Shown: positions 22,164 to 32,687 of the stretch, one piece after another
How the letters are laid out: every line of letters starts with the position of its first letter
How positions within the stretch are numbered: the first letter of the stretch is position 1
Origin: an uncultured Planctomycetota bacterium
GTDB taxonomy: Bacteria; Planctomycetota; Planctomycetia; Isosphaerales; Isosphaeraceae
Assembly (NCBI GenBank): GCA_963823665.1
Contig: CAWGMQ010000003.1
Coordinates: forward strand, 416,001 to 480,000
Direction: 5' to 3'
DNA length: 64,000 bases
Program-made: the position numbers and the translations under genes
The notes under the pieces: model-generated
The model's database searches: none
Seen by the model: the letters and a program-made list of their open reading frames with translations, nothing else
Told to the model about the DNA's origin: nothing

Positions 22164-23396
22164 ATGTCTTCTCGACGAGTGAATCGGCAATGTCCCTTAA
22201 TCATCGTCGTCTTGATCGCCAGCGCATGGACCGGCCTGGTCCGCGCTGACGAACCACCCAGACAAGAAACCCCAGCCAAACCACCGCCATCTGCCGTGCT
22301 CGAATCCTCCGCCGGCCTGAAACCGATCGGCGGCCGCTGGTTCATTCGCGAGGGCAACCCGCCAACCTATATCTTCAAAGACGCCGGCACCTATGTCGAC
22401 CTCTTCAGCTACCACCTCGCCGATTCGAACAAGGACGGCATCCCCAACCTGGCGATCCGCCACAACGACAAGTCTCTCTTGATCGATAGCCAGGGCTACC
22501 CGAACCATCCCACAGCGATCTTCCCCAATACCGGCAATCCGAACCGGATTCGCGTCCAGGATTTTCACTTCCGGCTGCCAATCGAGCCAAAGCTCGCATC
22601 CAGCATCACACGTGTGCCGATGGGGCCAATAGGAATGGCGCTCAACGGCGTGGTCTTCTTCAACCCATTTGAGGCGGGCGGGATGAACGCCATCGAGGGC
22701 TATTCCGAGGTGTGGCTCGATTCTTGCTGCGGCCACCCGCAGCAGCACGGCGTCTATCACTATCACAAGTACCCGAGCTGCGTGAAATCGCCGTTCACCG
22801 ACGACGGCCGGCGCCACTCCCCTGTGCTAGGCTTCGCGTTTGACGGCTTCCCGGTGCACGGCCCCTTCGAAGAGTCCGGCGTGATGGCCAGAGACCTGAA
22901 AGGCGAGCGCGCGCTCGACGTCTGCAACGGCCACACCGACCCGGCCCGCGGCTATCACTACCATGTCACTCCGTCTCGCTTCCCCTATATCATCGGGGGA
23001 TATGCCGGCGTTCCCGATCCGGCCAATAACCCCATGCTCCGTCGCGGCAGCGTCGGGCCAATCGCCGACAACGCCGACCGCTCGGCGACGAAGGAGTTTG
23101 GCATTCGCTCGGTCACACCCGGCAACGCGGCACGCGGCAAGACCCACACGCTCCGGTTCGATCTCGACGCGGCGACCCGCAGCGGCTCGCCGCCGGGAAT
23201 TCCGAGCTGGGTGCAGGTCGGCCCGTTTGAGGCCTCGAAGATCGAGCGTCGGGGTGATACGGTGATGGCGGAGATCACCATCCCTGCCGACTCACCAGCG
23301 GGCGTCTTGCTCGACGCCCATATCGAGTTCGGAAAACCCGGCTCGGGCCTGGTGCGGGTGCTCAAGAAAAACGACGCTCTGCGAGTCGTACCATGA
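22164..23396 (+). CDS. YHYH-domain protein, exported
   Basis: Signal peptide; PIGMALNGVVFFNP, DSCCGH..YHYH, GFAFDGFPVHGP, DVCNGH..YHYH. Confidence 0.88.
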   Translation: MSSRRVNRQCPLIIVVLIASAWTGLVRADEPPRQETPAKPPPSAVLESSAGLKPIGGRWFIREGNPPTYIFKDAGTYVDLFSYHLADSNKDGIPNLAIRHNDKSLLIDSQGYPNHPTAIFPNTGNPNRIRVQDFHFRLPIEPKLASSITRVPMGPIGMALNGVVFFNPFEAGGMNAIEGYSEVWLDSCCGHPQQHGVYHYHKYPSCVKSPFTDDGRRHSPVLGFAFDGFPVHGPFEESGVMARDLKGERALDVCNGHTDPARGYHYHVTPSRFPYIIGGYAGVPDPANNPMLRRGSVGPIADNADRSATKEFGIRSVTPGNAARGKTHTLRFDLDAATRSGSPPGIPSWVQVGPFEASKIERRGDTVMAEITIPADSPAGVLLDAHIEFGKPGSGLVRVLKKNDALRVVP

Positions 23397-23420
23397 GCAA
23401 ATGAATAAGGGTCCTCGACC

Positions 23421-24092
23421 GTGCGCGTCCTCGTGATCGAAGACGAACCCGATTTGCTCCAGGCGCTGGTGCAGGCGCTTCGCGAAGAGGGCTACGCCGC
23501 CGATCAAGCCGCCGACGGCCGCGAAGGGCTGTTCAAAGCTGAGGGATGCGAATACGAGGCGATTGTGCTCGACCTGTTGCTCCCCGGCCTGGACGGCCTC
23601 GAAGTTCTACGAAGGCTGCGGAAGAGTCGAAGAACCCCAGTGCTCATCCTCACCGCCCGCGACGGTGTCAGCGATCGCGTGCGCGGGCTCGACACTGGCG
23701 CAGATGACTATATCGTCAAACCTTTTGCTCTCTCCGAGCTGCTCGCTCGCCTCCGCGCGCTGATTCGCCGCAGCGCAGGCATGGCCGACCCCGTGATCCG
23801 GATCGGCGACGTCGCGATCGACACCGCCCGGCGCCTGGTCGCACGCGACGGCGTCGACGTGCCGCTCACCGCCCGCGAGTACGCCCTGGTCGAGCTGTTG
23901 GCCCTCCATCGCGGCAAGCTGATCACGCGCACGGTGATCTACGAGCAGCTCTTCGGCGACGATGACGATACGCTTTCCAACGTGGTTGAGGTGCACGTTT
24001 CGCACATCCGTAAGAAGCTCGGCAAAGACTTCATCCAGACCCGGCGCGGCCAGGGTTACCAGATCGATTCGAGCGGAGGCGACGATGTTTAA
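23421..24092 (+). CDS. OmpR/PhoB-family response regulator
   Basis: LVIEDE, LDLLLPG, LTARD, GADDYIVKPF, winged helix with IQTRRGQGY. Confidence 0.95.
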   Translation: MRVLVIEDEPDLLQALVQALREEGYAADQAADGREGLFKAEGCEYEAIVLDLLLPGLDGLEVLRRLRKSRRTPVLILTARDGVSDRVRGLDTGADDYIVKPFALSELLARLRALIRRSAGMADPVIRIGDVAIDTARRLVARDGVDVPLTAREYALVELLALHRGKLITRTVIYEQLFGDDDDTLSNVVEVHVSHIRKKLGKDFIQTRRGQGYQIDSSGGDDV

Positions 24093-25612
24093 GTCGCTTC
24101 GTTACCGGCTCCAGGCCTGGCACACCCTGATCCTGCTGCTCGTGGTGATTGGATTCGGCGGAACGCTCTACGTCGAGGCCTCCCGGCGGCGGTTCGACGA
24201 GATCGACGGCGAGCTTCTGGCCGCCGCGCGCGTCCTCGAAGGCGTCCTTCGAACCCAGGCGCCTGCCCCGCGGACGCGGCCGCCAGAAGGGCCGGGATTC
24301 AGGGGCGGTCCACCGCCGGACCGCCCGCCGCGCCCGCGCGAAGGCCCCGGCCCTCCCGGAATGCGCCTCATGCCTCCGCACCCGCCGCGGTTCCAGCCCA
24401 GCGCACTGAGCTTGCCGCATTCATTAATGGATCGATACTCGCAGCCCGGAGACGAGCCCTATTTCGTCGTGCGTGACGCCGGCGAGAATGTGCTACTCGC
24501 AGAGCCGCCCGAATACGCCACACAGGTACCGCCAGATCCATCCGTCGGTCGCTGGTACGAGTCGCACTCGCGCAACCGCGGCGCGCTCCGCGAGGTCACC
24601 CTGCTCGGTCCGGCGCGATCGACCATCCTCGTCGGACGACCAATCCACCACGAGATGGCCGGCCTGAGGCGCATGGCGTGGCAGCTCGGCTTGACCGGGC
24701 TGGGCGTGTTTCTGGCCGGCTGCGCCGGAGGCTGGTGGCTGTCGTCGCGCGCCGTGCGCCCGATCGTTGCGATGAGCGAAACGGTCTCCGGAATCAATGC
24801 CAGCAGCCTGTCACAACGGCTCGATCTCGAAGGCGTCGATACCGAGCTCGGCAGTCTGGGCACACTCATCAACACCATGCTCGAACGCCTCGAGAGGCTC
24901 GTTTGAGCAGCAGGTGCGGTTCACGGCGGATGCATCCCACGAGCTGCGAACGCCGTTGACCGTGATCCTCACGCAGGTGGAGCTAGCCCTTTCTCGGCCG
25001 CGCGAGGCCACGGCATATCGCGAATCGCTCCAAGCGTGCGGTCGCGCAGCGACGCGCATGAAGTCGCTCGTTGACGACCTTCTGACATTGGCCCGCGCTG
25101 ATTCCGGTAAGCTCGAGCTGCGCGCCGAGCCGATCGACCTCGCCCGGATCGCGGAGGGAAGCGTCGCGCTCTTGCAACCCCTGGCGCTCGAGCGCGGAGT
25201 TCGGATTCTCCGTGAGATCAACCCCGCGCCGCTCAACGGAGACCCCGAACGGCTCGGTCAAGTGATCACAAACCTTGTAAGCAACGCGATTCAGTACACT
25301 CAACCCGGCGGCAAGGTGGTCATCTCCACCCGCTGCGACGGTAGCTCCGCGCTCCTCATCGTCGAAGACACCGGTGTGGGAATCCCCGAAATCGACCTCC
25401 CGCTCGTGTTCGATCGGTTCCACCGCGTCGACAGCGCGCGGTCGCGCGGATCAGGCGGCAGCGGATTGGGATTAGCGATCTGCCAGGGCATCGTCAAAGC
25501 GCACGGCGGTGAAATCGCCGTGGCGAGCACTCTCGATCACGGTTCACGATTCACGGTGACGATTCCGATGCAGAATCGAAATCGCGACGCTGGCTCGCCG
25601 ATTTCGGGATAA
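24085..25612 (+). CDS. HAMP sensor histidine kinase (frameshift near 24895)
   Basis: Two TM helices, HAMP, ADASHELRTPL, NLVSNAIQY, DTGVGI, GSGLGLAI. Confidence 0.9.
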
Positions 25613-26010
25613 ACGCCGGCGCCGTACCAATGCGCTTCAATCAGCTACAGCCTGCCGCCGGGCGGGCCGGCATTGAGCACGAAGATAAGAGATGCTGACC
25701 TGCGTCATTTGCGTCATCTGCGTCAGCCCCTTACGCAGCCTGAAGTTACGAACGAGATTGAGATCGCCGTTCACGCAGCGCCTGCGTAATCCGCCCGCTT
25801 CGCCCAATTCGAGTGCGGTAATAACCCGAGTAATCGGAGCATTCAGTGCGTTCAAGGGCTACCGATGGTAAGCGCGCCGAGTCTCGAATGACCGTCTCCG
25901 AGCTCGCGCGATACGGGTGGCGAGCGCATACACGAAAACGACTGTGATTCCGCAGGCGGCTTTTTGTTATCGTGGTATTGTGCGAGATCTGTTTCCGAAG
26001 AGGTAACTCG

Positions 26011-26643
26011 ATGGCCACGGTAACTGCACCTACCGCTCTCCGGATCGGCCCCGCCGACAAGGGTCGCCGCATGACCCTCGAACAATTCATCGAAGCCGAT
26101 TGGGAAGAAGGCTGGCTCTACGAACTGGCAAGGGGAGTTGTCGACGTGGTTGAGGTCTCTCGTCCGTGGCACGGGCGTATCGTCGATCGCGTTGCTGAAA
26201 TGTTCATTCTGTATCGACGCCAACGCCCCGGCGTCATCCAGTATCGAGCCGGCGGCGGAGAATGCCGGCTCCGACTTCCCGGCATCGTTTCCGACCGACA
26301 CCCGGATCAGGCGATTTATCTCGACCCTGAGCCAAGCGGACCGAACGTGTGGACGCGCTGGGTTCCGCACATCGTGGTCGAAATCGTGAGCCCCGGCGGT
26401 GAAGAGCGTGACTTCGTCGAAAAACGCGAAGAGTACCTGCGAATCGGAGTGCGCGAGTACTGGATCCTTGATGCAGTAGGACGACGGATGCACTCGCTGG
26501 TCCGTGCCGGCGACGTCTGGGAAGAATCAATCGTGACGGAAGGTGGCGTTTACCAGACAAACCTGCTCCCAGGGCTCGAAGTTCGGCCGGGAGAGTTGTT
26601 GGGAAATGATGCGATCGGCACTGCGGCCGAGTCTGAGCAATAA
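26011..26643 (+). CDS. Uma2 (DUF820) family PD-(D/E)XK-like protein
   Basis: YELARG, RHPDQAIY, PHIVVEIVSPG, KREEYLRIGVREYWILD, LLPGLE. Confidence 0.9.
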   Translation: MATVTAPTALRIGPADKGRRMTLEQFIEADWEEGWLYELARGVVDVVEVSRPWHGRIVDRVAEMFILYRRQRPGVIQYRAGGGECRLRLPGIVSDRHPDQAIYLDPEPSGPNVWTRWVPHIVVEIVSPGGEERDFVEKREEYLRIGVREYWILDAVGRRMHSLVRAGDVWEESIVTEGGVYQTNLLPGLEVRPGELLGNDAIGTAAESEQ

Positions 26644-26663
26644 CTTTGGGGGGGCACGGCGGC

Positions 26664-27614
26664 GTGAAGTTCAGCCGAGCCATAATTGAGAAGGCCCCTC
26701 CCGCGATCTGGGATGAACTCGATCCCGCCCCCGCACCAAAGCCCCAGTGTCGCCCTTCGCTCCGCGACGGGATCCTTCTTCAAGACCGCACCCGCGGGAA
26801 GCCCGGCCAGCGCCGAGGACTGACCACAAAGCTCTGCGAGCTGTTCGTGACTCTGGCGATGGTCGCGGTGCTCGCCGCCTTGCTCGTCCCCGCCGCGGAT
26901 TATGATTATTCTTACCACTACTCCCCGCCGCCGCCGAACGCAGGTGTTGAATTTGCCCCCGTCGCCGGCGAATACCGCCTCGGGGCGCATCGCGGACGTG
27001 GCTGGTGCCTGAGCATCCTGCCGGACGGGCGATACTCCCTCCTTATTTCAAGCTGCTCCGGTGTCGGCTATCGGGAATCAGGATCGGTCAAACGCGTCGG
27101 CGAATACCTCGTGCTTTCCGCGGCGGCGGCAATGGAGGAATCGCGGATGGCCCGTGTCTTCCGGCCCGTGAACTGGGATTGCCGCACTTATCTGATACCG
27201 CCAGAGAAGTTCCCGCAATTCATCGAAGCGATCGTCAAAGCCGACGATCCGCGCATCGGGCCAGGAAAGTTCTACGTCAAAAACCTCGACCAGCCGGTCA
27301 CCGGAGTTCCCGAATTACCGCCAGAATGGGCGGCAACCCTGCGGAATCGTTTGATGCTCGGCACGGTCGTCGAGATGTTGGCGGGAGGTCGCGCCAGGAT
27401 TGATCGCGGATCCGCAGAGGGCATCATCGCCGGAAGCGAGCTGACCGTTCAGGGACTGGATCGCTTCAGCATTAGTCGGAAGGTGAAGGTCGTCGCCGTC
27501 GAACAGCGATCGTGCACGGTGCAGCACTTCTACCACAAAGAGTTTCAAGTGCCGCTTGAACTGGGGTGCAAGGTCGTCGCGCCGCGGGACGCTCGACACG
27601 CTCTAGAACGGTGA
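26664..27614 (+). CDS. membrane-anchored hypothetical protein with pilin-like N-terminal helix (paralogue of 17889)
   Basis: IWDELDPAP, LCELFVTLAMVAVLAALLVPA; blocks shared with 17889. Confidence 0.7.
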   Translation: MKFSRAIIEKAPPAIWDELDPAPAPKPQCRPSLRDGILLQDRTRGKPGQRRGLTTKLCELFVTLAMVAVLAALLVPAADYDYSYHYSPPPPNAGVEFAPVAGEYRLGAHRGRGWCLSILPDGRYSLLISSCSGVGYRESGSVKRVGEYLVLSAAAAMEESRMARVFRPVNWDCRTYLIPPEKFPQFIEAIVKADDPRIGPGKFYVKNLDQPVTGVPELPPEWAATLRNRLMLGTVVEMLAGGRARIDRGSAEGIIAGSELTVQGLDRFSISRKVKVVAVEQRSCTVQHFYHKEFQVPLELGCKVVAPRDARHALER

Positions 27615-27851
27615 TGCGACCCTGTCCAAATTGCAAGGTGGGTGCGACCACCACGTTCACACGGCCTGCCGTGGCTTGGATCAACCCCACGAACCGAACG
27701 CCACGACTCGCATAGATATGAAAAACGTCACTGCCTTCCAGACCAGACATCCTCTCGCGAGCGCAACCCCGGACCAGCGAATTCCCGCGCCGCGGCACAC
27801 TTGCGCTCACTTTCGTGTCTCAATCGTGGGAACAGCTCCCGCGGACCCCCC

Positions 27852-27974
27852 AAAACGTCGTCATCGTCGTCATCTCCTTTCCACATCAGGAGTTACGAAT
27901 GACGACGTTTTCGAAGCCGAAAAATCCTAGAAGCAACTCTTGAGCCCATCGGCACTTACGAATGACGACGTTTT
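27852..27974. repeat. direct plus inverted repeat cluster
   Basis: TTACGAATGACGACGTTTT at 27893-27911 and 27956-27974 (63-bp spacing); inverted AAAACGTCGTCAT at 27852-27864. Confidence 0.75.
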
Positions 27975-28978
27975 TCGCGCCCCCCGCGTACCCCTCGTCC
28001 CGATGCTCTGCGTCGAAACATCCCCCCCCGCTCCGCAGCCCGCTCGGCGATGACGCCCCGTGTCGCATTCGCCACCCCTCCTCCGCCCTTGTGGAGGCCG
28101 GGCCGCCGCAGAGTGCGGAGGGGGGCTTGCGCCGAGGGAAGACCTGCGCGCCCAGCCGGCGCGAATCCCCCTCGAGTGCCGTGAAAAAAACCGGTCAAAA
28201 ACATAGTGAACAGCACCGGCGATTTGCGATGGCAATTTTTGGTGGCACGTGCCAAACGCTCTTGCGACCGCCGAAAAATGCCTCGCCGTGCGCCTATTCG
28301 ATTACATTCATTGAATTTACAGAACAGCCAATCCGCGCCAGGAGATCGCCGCAGCCTTCGAAAAATGGCAATAAGTGGCAATACTGGGACGGCTATAAAG
28401 CATTCGTACACTACTGTAAATTGCCCGCCCTCGGCCGCGCCCGTTGACCATCGTCGCTCGCCTGAGGAAATCCCGCTCAACACAAGTGGAATCATGCTCG
28501 GCTCTCGCAAGGATTCGATGGTGAGACGAAATGAGACGAATTTGCCCAAAAGCGGTCGCCCGATCGGTCATCTCGGTCGAATCCCGGATTCTCTTCACTC
28601 ATTCGTCAGATTCGTAAGATTCGTGGTTAGACGTCCCGACGCCAGATTACATGACAGGCAAGCCACTCTTCGCACGCTCCAAAGAAGTAGGAGTGAATGG
28701 AATTAAATGGAACTGGATGGAACTCCCGACCCCAAAACAGTCCCATTTTGCTCGCTGTCTTGAACCCCGTCCGATGGCTGGCCGAAACACCCTGAAGCAG
28801 CGCGGAAATCTCGAGAGCCAAAGAGGATAACGCCACGAGTCCCGCTCCATGATCCCTCGGCCCACCGGGTCAAGACTCGCCCTGCCCGTGGTCCAGACCC
28901 GTCCCAGCCCAACTCGAGAGATTTCACGCCGCACGATCCCCCTTCCGGGCTGAAAGGCCAAAACAACATAGCCCAATG

Positions 28979-29062
28979 GCAACGCCTTGGGTTTCCGATG
29001 CAACGCCCTGGGTGTCCGAGGCAACGCCCTGGGCGTCCGAGGCAACGCCCTGGGTGTCCGAG
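28979..29062. repeat. four tandem 21-bp repeats, apparently grown from a REP-like palindrome
   Basis: GCAACGCCCTGGGTGTCCGAG units at 28979, 29000, 29021 and 29042; preceded by GGGCTGAAAGGCC..ATAGCCCAA. Confidence 0.85.
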
Positions 29063-29389
29063 CCGCCAATCGCGCCAACATCGCGCGCTCGCCGACCCTC
29101 CTCTCATTTAATAATATGAGTCCGGTTTCGGCTTTCGGCAACAAAAGCCTCCAAAAAAAGTGCAATCGCGCAATCGAGACGGCTGCAACGTCACGACATC
29201 CGGCTTTGCGCGATTTCTTTGTTAATTGTGAACACGCGGTCGAATCAAAACGTGTTCCGACTCCGTGAACCCACCGGCGTCAATCATCCGTCGCACTCGT
29301 CATAAGACCCGGCCAGTCACCATGGTGCCGACAACTCGATCCACGCCACGGCAATCCAACGGAAGCCGCCGGGGGCGAGCCCATCCAAT

Positions 29390-30617
29390 TCACGAAATCC
29401 TGACCGACAGGCGAGCGCCGTCGCGGCACAATGAGCGGAAGAAACCCTCGTACCGCTCCGCCAGTTTGCTCCCATCCCAGCGCTTCGCCTCAACGAGCGC
29501 CCGCCTCCGGTGCTCCGCCTCGAATTCCGCGTCATCCCACAACCGCTCGATCACAGCCACCCAGGGCGCCACTTCGTGTGCGGTCGGCACAACGTTGCTG
29601 GCCGGCGTGCACCGATCAGGGATCGCAAAGACGAACCCGGCATCACCCAGAGTCTCAGGCAGTGCTCCGCGATCGCTGGCCAGGACGGGAATGCCATTCG
29701 CCATCGCCTCGATCGGCACGCGGCCGAGCGACTCCCGCCAGAGGGATGGCATCAGCACCACCCTGCTCACCCGATAGAAATCCCGCGGATCGGGCGTATT
29801 CGCCATCCGGTGCAGGTTTGTCAGCCCCGAAAGATCAACCGGCAACCCCGCCAATCCGTCAGCGGTACCGCGGCCTTCAACAACAAGCAGCGGAATATCC
29901 GGCCGCCGCCGCCCCAGCTCCAGAGCAATCCGCGCAAAGACCGCCGCACCTTTCTCAGGCTGAGGGTTGATGAACGTCACATACTGCGGCTCGGGATTCT
30001 CGGCAATAACTCGGTCGAGCCGGATCGGGTCGGGAATGACAACCCCGTCGATACCGACCCGGCGCGAGTAAAGCCGGCGTGAATACTCGGAGGGAAAGAT
30101 GATGCCATCGACATCCTCGAATCCACGCCGATCGTTATACCCGAAGTTATGCAGATGGAAGACAACCGCGGTGCCCCTGGCCCTGGCCTTGAGCATGAGC
30201 GAACGGCTGACCGGATGCCCGCCATAGGTCAGCAGTATCTCAGGCCGGAATCGATCGAGCACCGTAGTAGCCAGGTCGATGTACATGGCACCCTCGCGCG
30301 GGTTGGGTGCCTTATCGGCGCGGCTAAACGATGTGGGCAAGATTGTGACGCGCACGCCGTCGACGTCCAGATCGAAGACCTCAGCCTCGCCCCCAAGGCT
30401 GAGCGCCGCACCCGACCGCGCAGCCGGCCTCTCAATCGAAGCGAGAACATTTTCGATGCGGGTTCTCGTTCTGGTAGTCAAGCACACCGCAAGTAAGTGC
30501 CCGCCAGTCCCACCCGCGCCCGGCGAGCAATTCGAGTAGCTCGCGGGTGGCGAGCGCCGCACCGCTCGATGGGTCCACGTAGCTGTGAATGGACGCAAAC
30601 AAAAGCCGATGAGACAT
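29390..30617 (-). CDS. GT4 glycosyltransferase (frameshift near 30455)
   Basis: MSHRLLFASIHSYVDPSSGAALAT start in ORF 30432; FINPQPEKG, MPSLWRESLGRVPIEAMANGIPVLASDRGALPE. Confidence 0.88.
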
Positions 30618-30650
30618 ATTTGGGCAACTCCCAAGCCGCGCAAGCGGCAA

Positions 30651-30847
30651 CATCATATAGCCCGGCGGCGTAAGCCCCGGGGTTCGCCGAATCGGCACGT
30701 ACCAGCACGCCTGCCCCGAAGGGGCGACATCACGTAGCCCGGCGGCGTAAGCCCCGGGCTCGCCGTATCGGTACGTCAACCCCGAAGGGGCGACATCATA
30801 TAGCCCGGCGGCGTAAGCCCCGGGATCGAGCCCGCGTAAGCCCCGGG
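30651..30847. repeat. REP-like repeat cluster
   Basis: TAGCCCGGCGGCGTAAGCCCCGGG exact at 30658, 30735 and 30801, partial at 30834; the second and third copies are preceded by CCCGAAGGGGCGACATCA. Confidence 0.85.
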
Positions 30848-30927
30848 GTCTGTAGGCGTCGGCTCCCTCCACCGACGGTCCGCGCGACCAACATCACATC
30901 CGCCCGCACGCCCCGCAATGGCCGACC

Positions 30928-32680
30928 TTACGATCCAACATCGCCCAGCCGCGCAATCGCCTCCCGATCCCCCGGGCACTCCTCCAGCACCGCCCGCCAC
31001 TGCCGCCGCGCCTCCTCAATATCGCCCCGTTCGTGAGCCAGCGCCGCAAGATTCCGCCGCGTGAGGTGCCCATAAATCCCGTGATCCAAGCTGGCAAACT
31101 TCCTCGGCCCCGAGAGCGTCAAGATCCTCCGCCAGCACCGCTCAGCCTCACCAGAATCACCGCTGCTCCGATGCACGACCGCCTTACGGAACCACAGCTC
31201 AGCATCCTCGGAATCGAGCGAAAGCCCCTCCGCACAGCTCGCCAGTGCCGCCGGATAATCGCGCATCATCTGGAAAGCCCGCGCAATGAGCGCATACAGC
31301 TTACGGACAATCGAATCAGTCGGTGCTGACCCCGCCAGGCTTCGCTTGAAATACCCGAGCGCCTCATTCCACTCGGCCCGTTCAATCGCGATCGACCCCA
31401 GATTGAACAACGTAAACGCATCATCCGGCCGTTCCGCCAGCTCCTCGCGCAAAATGCGGCAATCCCGCTCGAGCTTCCTGAATCGAAGCGCCCGGTCAGA
31501 ATACCCCGTATGCCGCACCGTGATATCCTTCCACACCACTGGTACCCCGGCGCGTTTCAACGCCGGCAGAATCTGCTCATGAACGCGATACGTCCACCGC
31601 ACGCCTTCGATCAGCGGAAACAGCCGGATGTGATCAACAACCGTGTCTCCCCCCGAACCATCAGGCCCCGGGTCACACGCACACCGGACGACAAAGGCGG
31701 GAGCAAAAGGGGACTGGCTCCGGCCAAGGACGCCGGTGCCTGTCCCCTTTTGCGGGCTTCCCAAACACGAATGGTCCCCCCGCAAGCCCCCAATCAACTC
31801 CTCCAACTTCGCCCGCTCCGGCGGCTCAATCAAATCATCCGCATCAAGCCAAAACGCATAATCACCTGTGGCTCGAGCCAGCGCCGCATTCCGAGCCGCC
31901 CCAAAATCATCAACCCACACAAAATCAAACACCCGCGCCCCAAACGACCGCGCAATCTCGACAGTTCGATCGCAGCTCCCCGTATCCAGCACAACAATCT
32001 CATCAAACACCCCGCGCACCGACTCGAGACACGTTGAAAGGTTGGCTTCCTCATTCTTGACGATCATAGTGAGCGAGACAGCGGCACGGGCCGAAGAGGC
32101 GACGGGACCAGATTGAAAAGATTGATCCACAGATGACGCAGATTTGCGCAGATCAAGAGGAGGAATTATCATTGTTGGAGGTGTGGCCGCGGCCTTTCCA
32201 TTTCTTGTTCGTCCCTGATCTTCCCGGCTTTCATCTGCGCAAATCTGCGTCCTCTGCGAACAGAAACTCCCCTGTTCATGACTTCGCTTCGCCGTCCGCG
32301 GACTACCTTCGAACGGCTCGAGTGCCACCCTCCGCCCCTGCGGAACCGCGTCGCCCCATTTGGCCGCGAACCTCGCCGCATTCTCATTGAGCACGCGCTC
32401 GGCATCGACGCCGTTGCCCACAAACGTCCTGCTGCCATAGTGGTGCACGAACAGATCATGCGCCACCGCCAGGGCAAAGCCAGCCCGCCTTGCCCGCTCA
32501 GCCAGATCATCGTCATCAAAGAACCCGAGCCCAAACCGTTCATCAAGCCCGCCGATGGCGTCATAAACGGCGCGCTTCATGAGCAGGCAGAAACCAGAGA
32601 GCTTCCGCACGGTAGACCACTGCCCGCGATGGTCGTCGCGCCAGCGGCGTGCAAAGACCTTCATCTCCTCGAGGTCGTGG
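30928..32680 (-). pseudogene. GT2-GT2-TPR glycosyltransferase, 5'-truncated at the transposon end
   Basis: KLSGFCLL..GGLDERFG..DDDD (first GT2, C-half only); SLTMIVKNEE..DTGS.DRT..WLDADD (second GT2); TPR helices. GT-like sequence ends at the GACACCCACC motif. Confidence 0.8.
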
Positions 32681-32687
32681 CGGAACC

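Noticed and set aside
28979..29062. Possible CRISPR array
   Set aside because: Head-to-tail 21-bp repeats with no spacers and no cas genes.
30651..30847. Possible mini-CRISPR (24-bp repeat x3)
   Set aside because: Intervals are irregular (77 and 66 bp) and themselves share CCCGAAGGGGCGACATCA; this fits a REP cluster.
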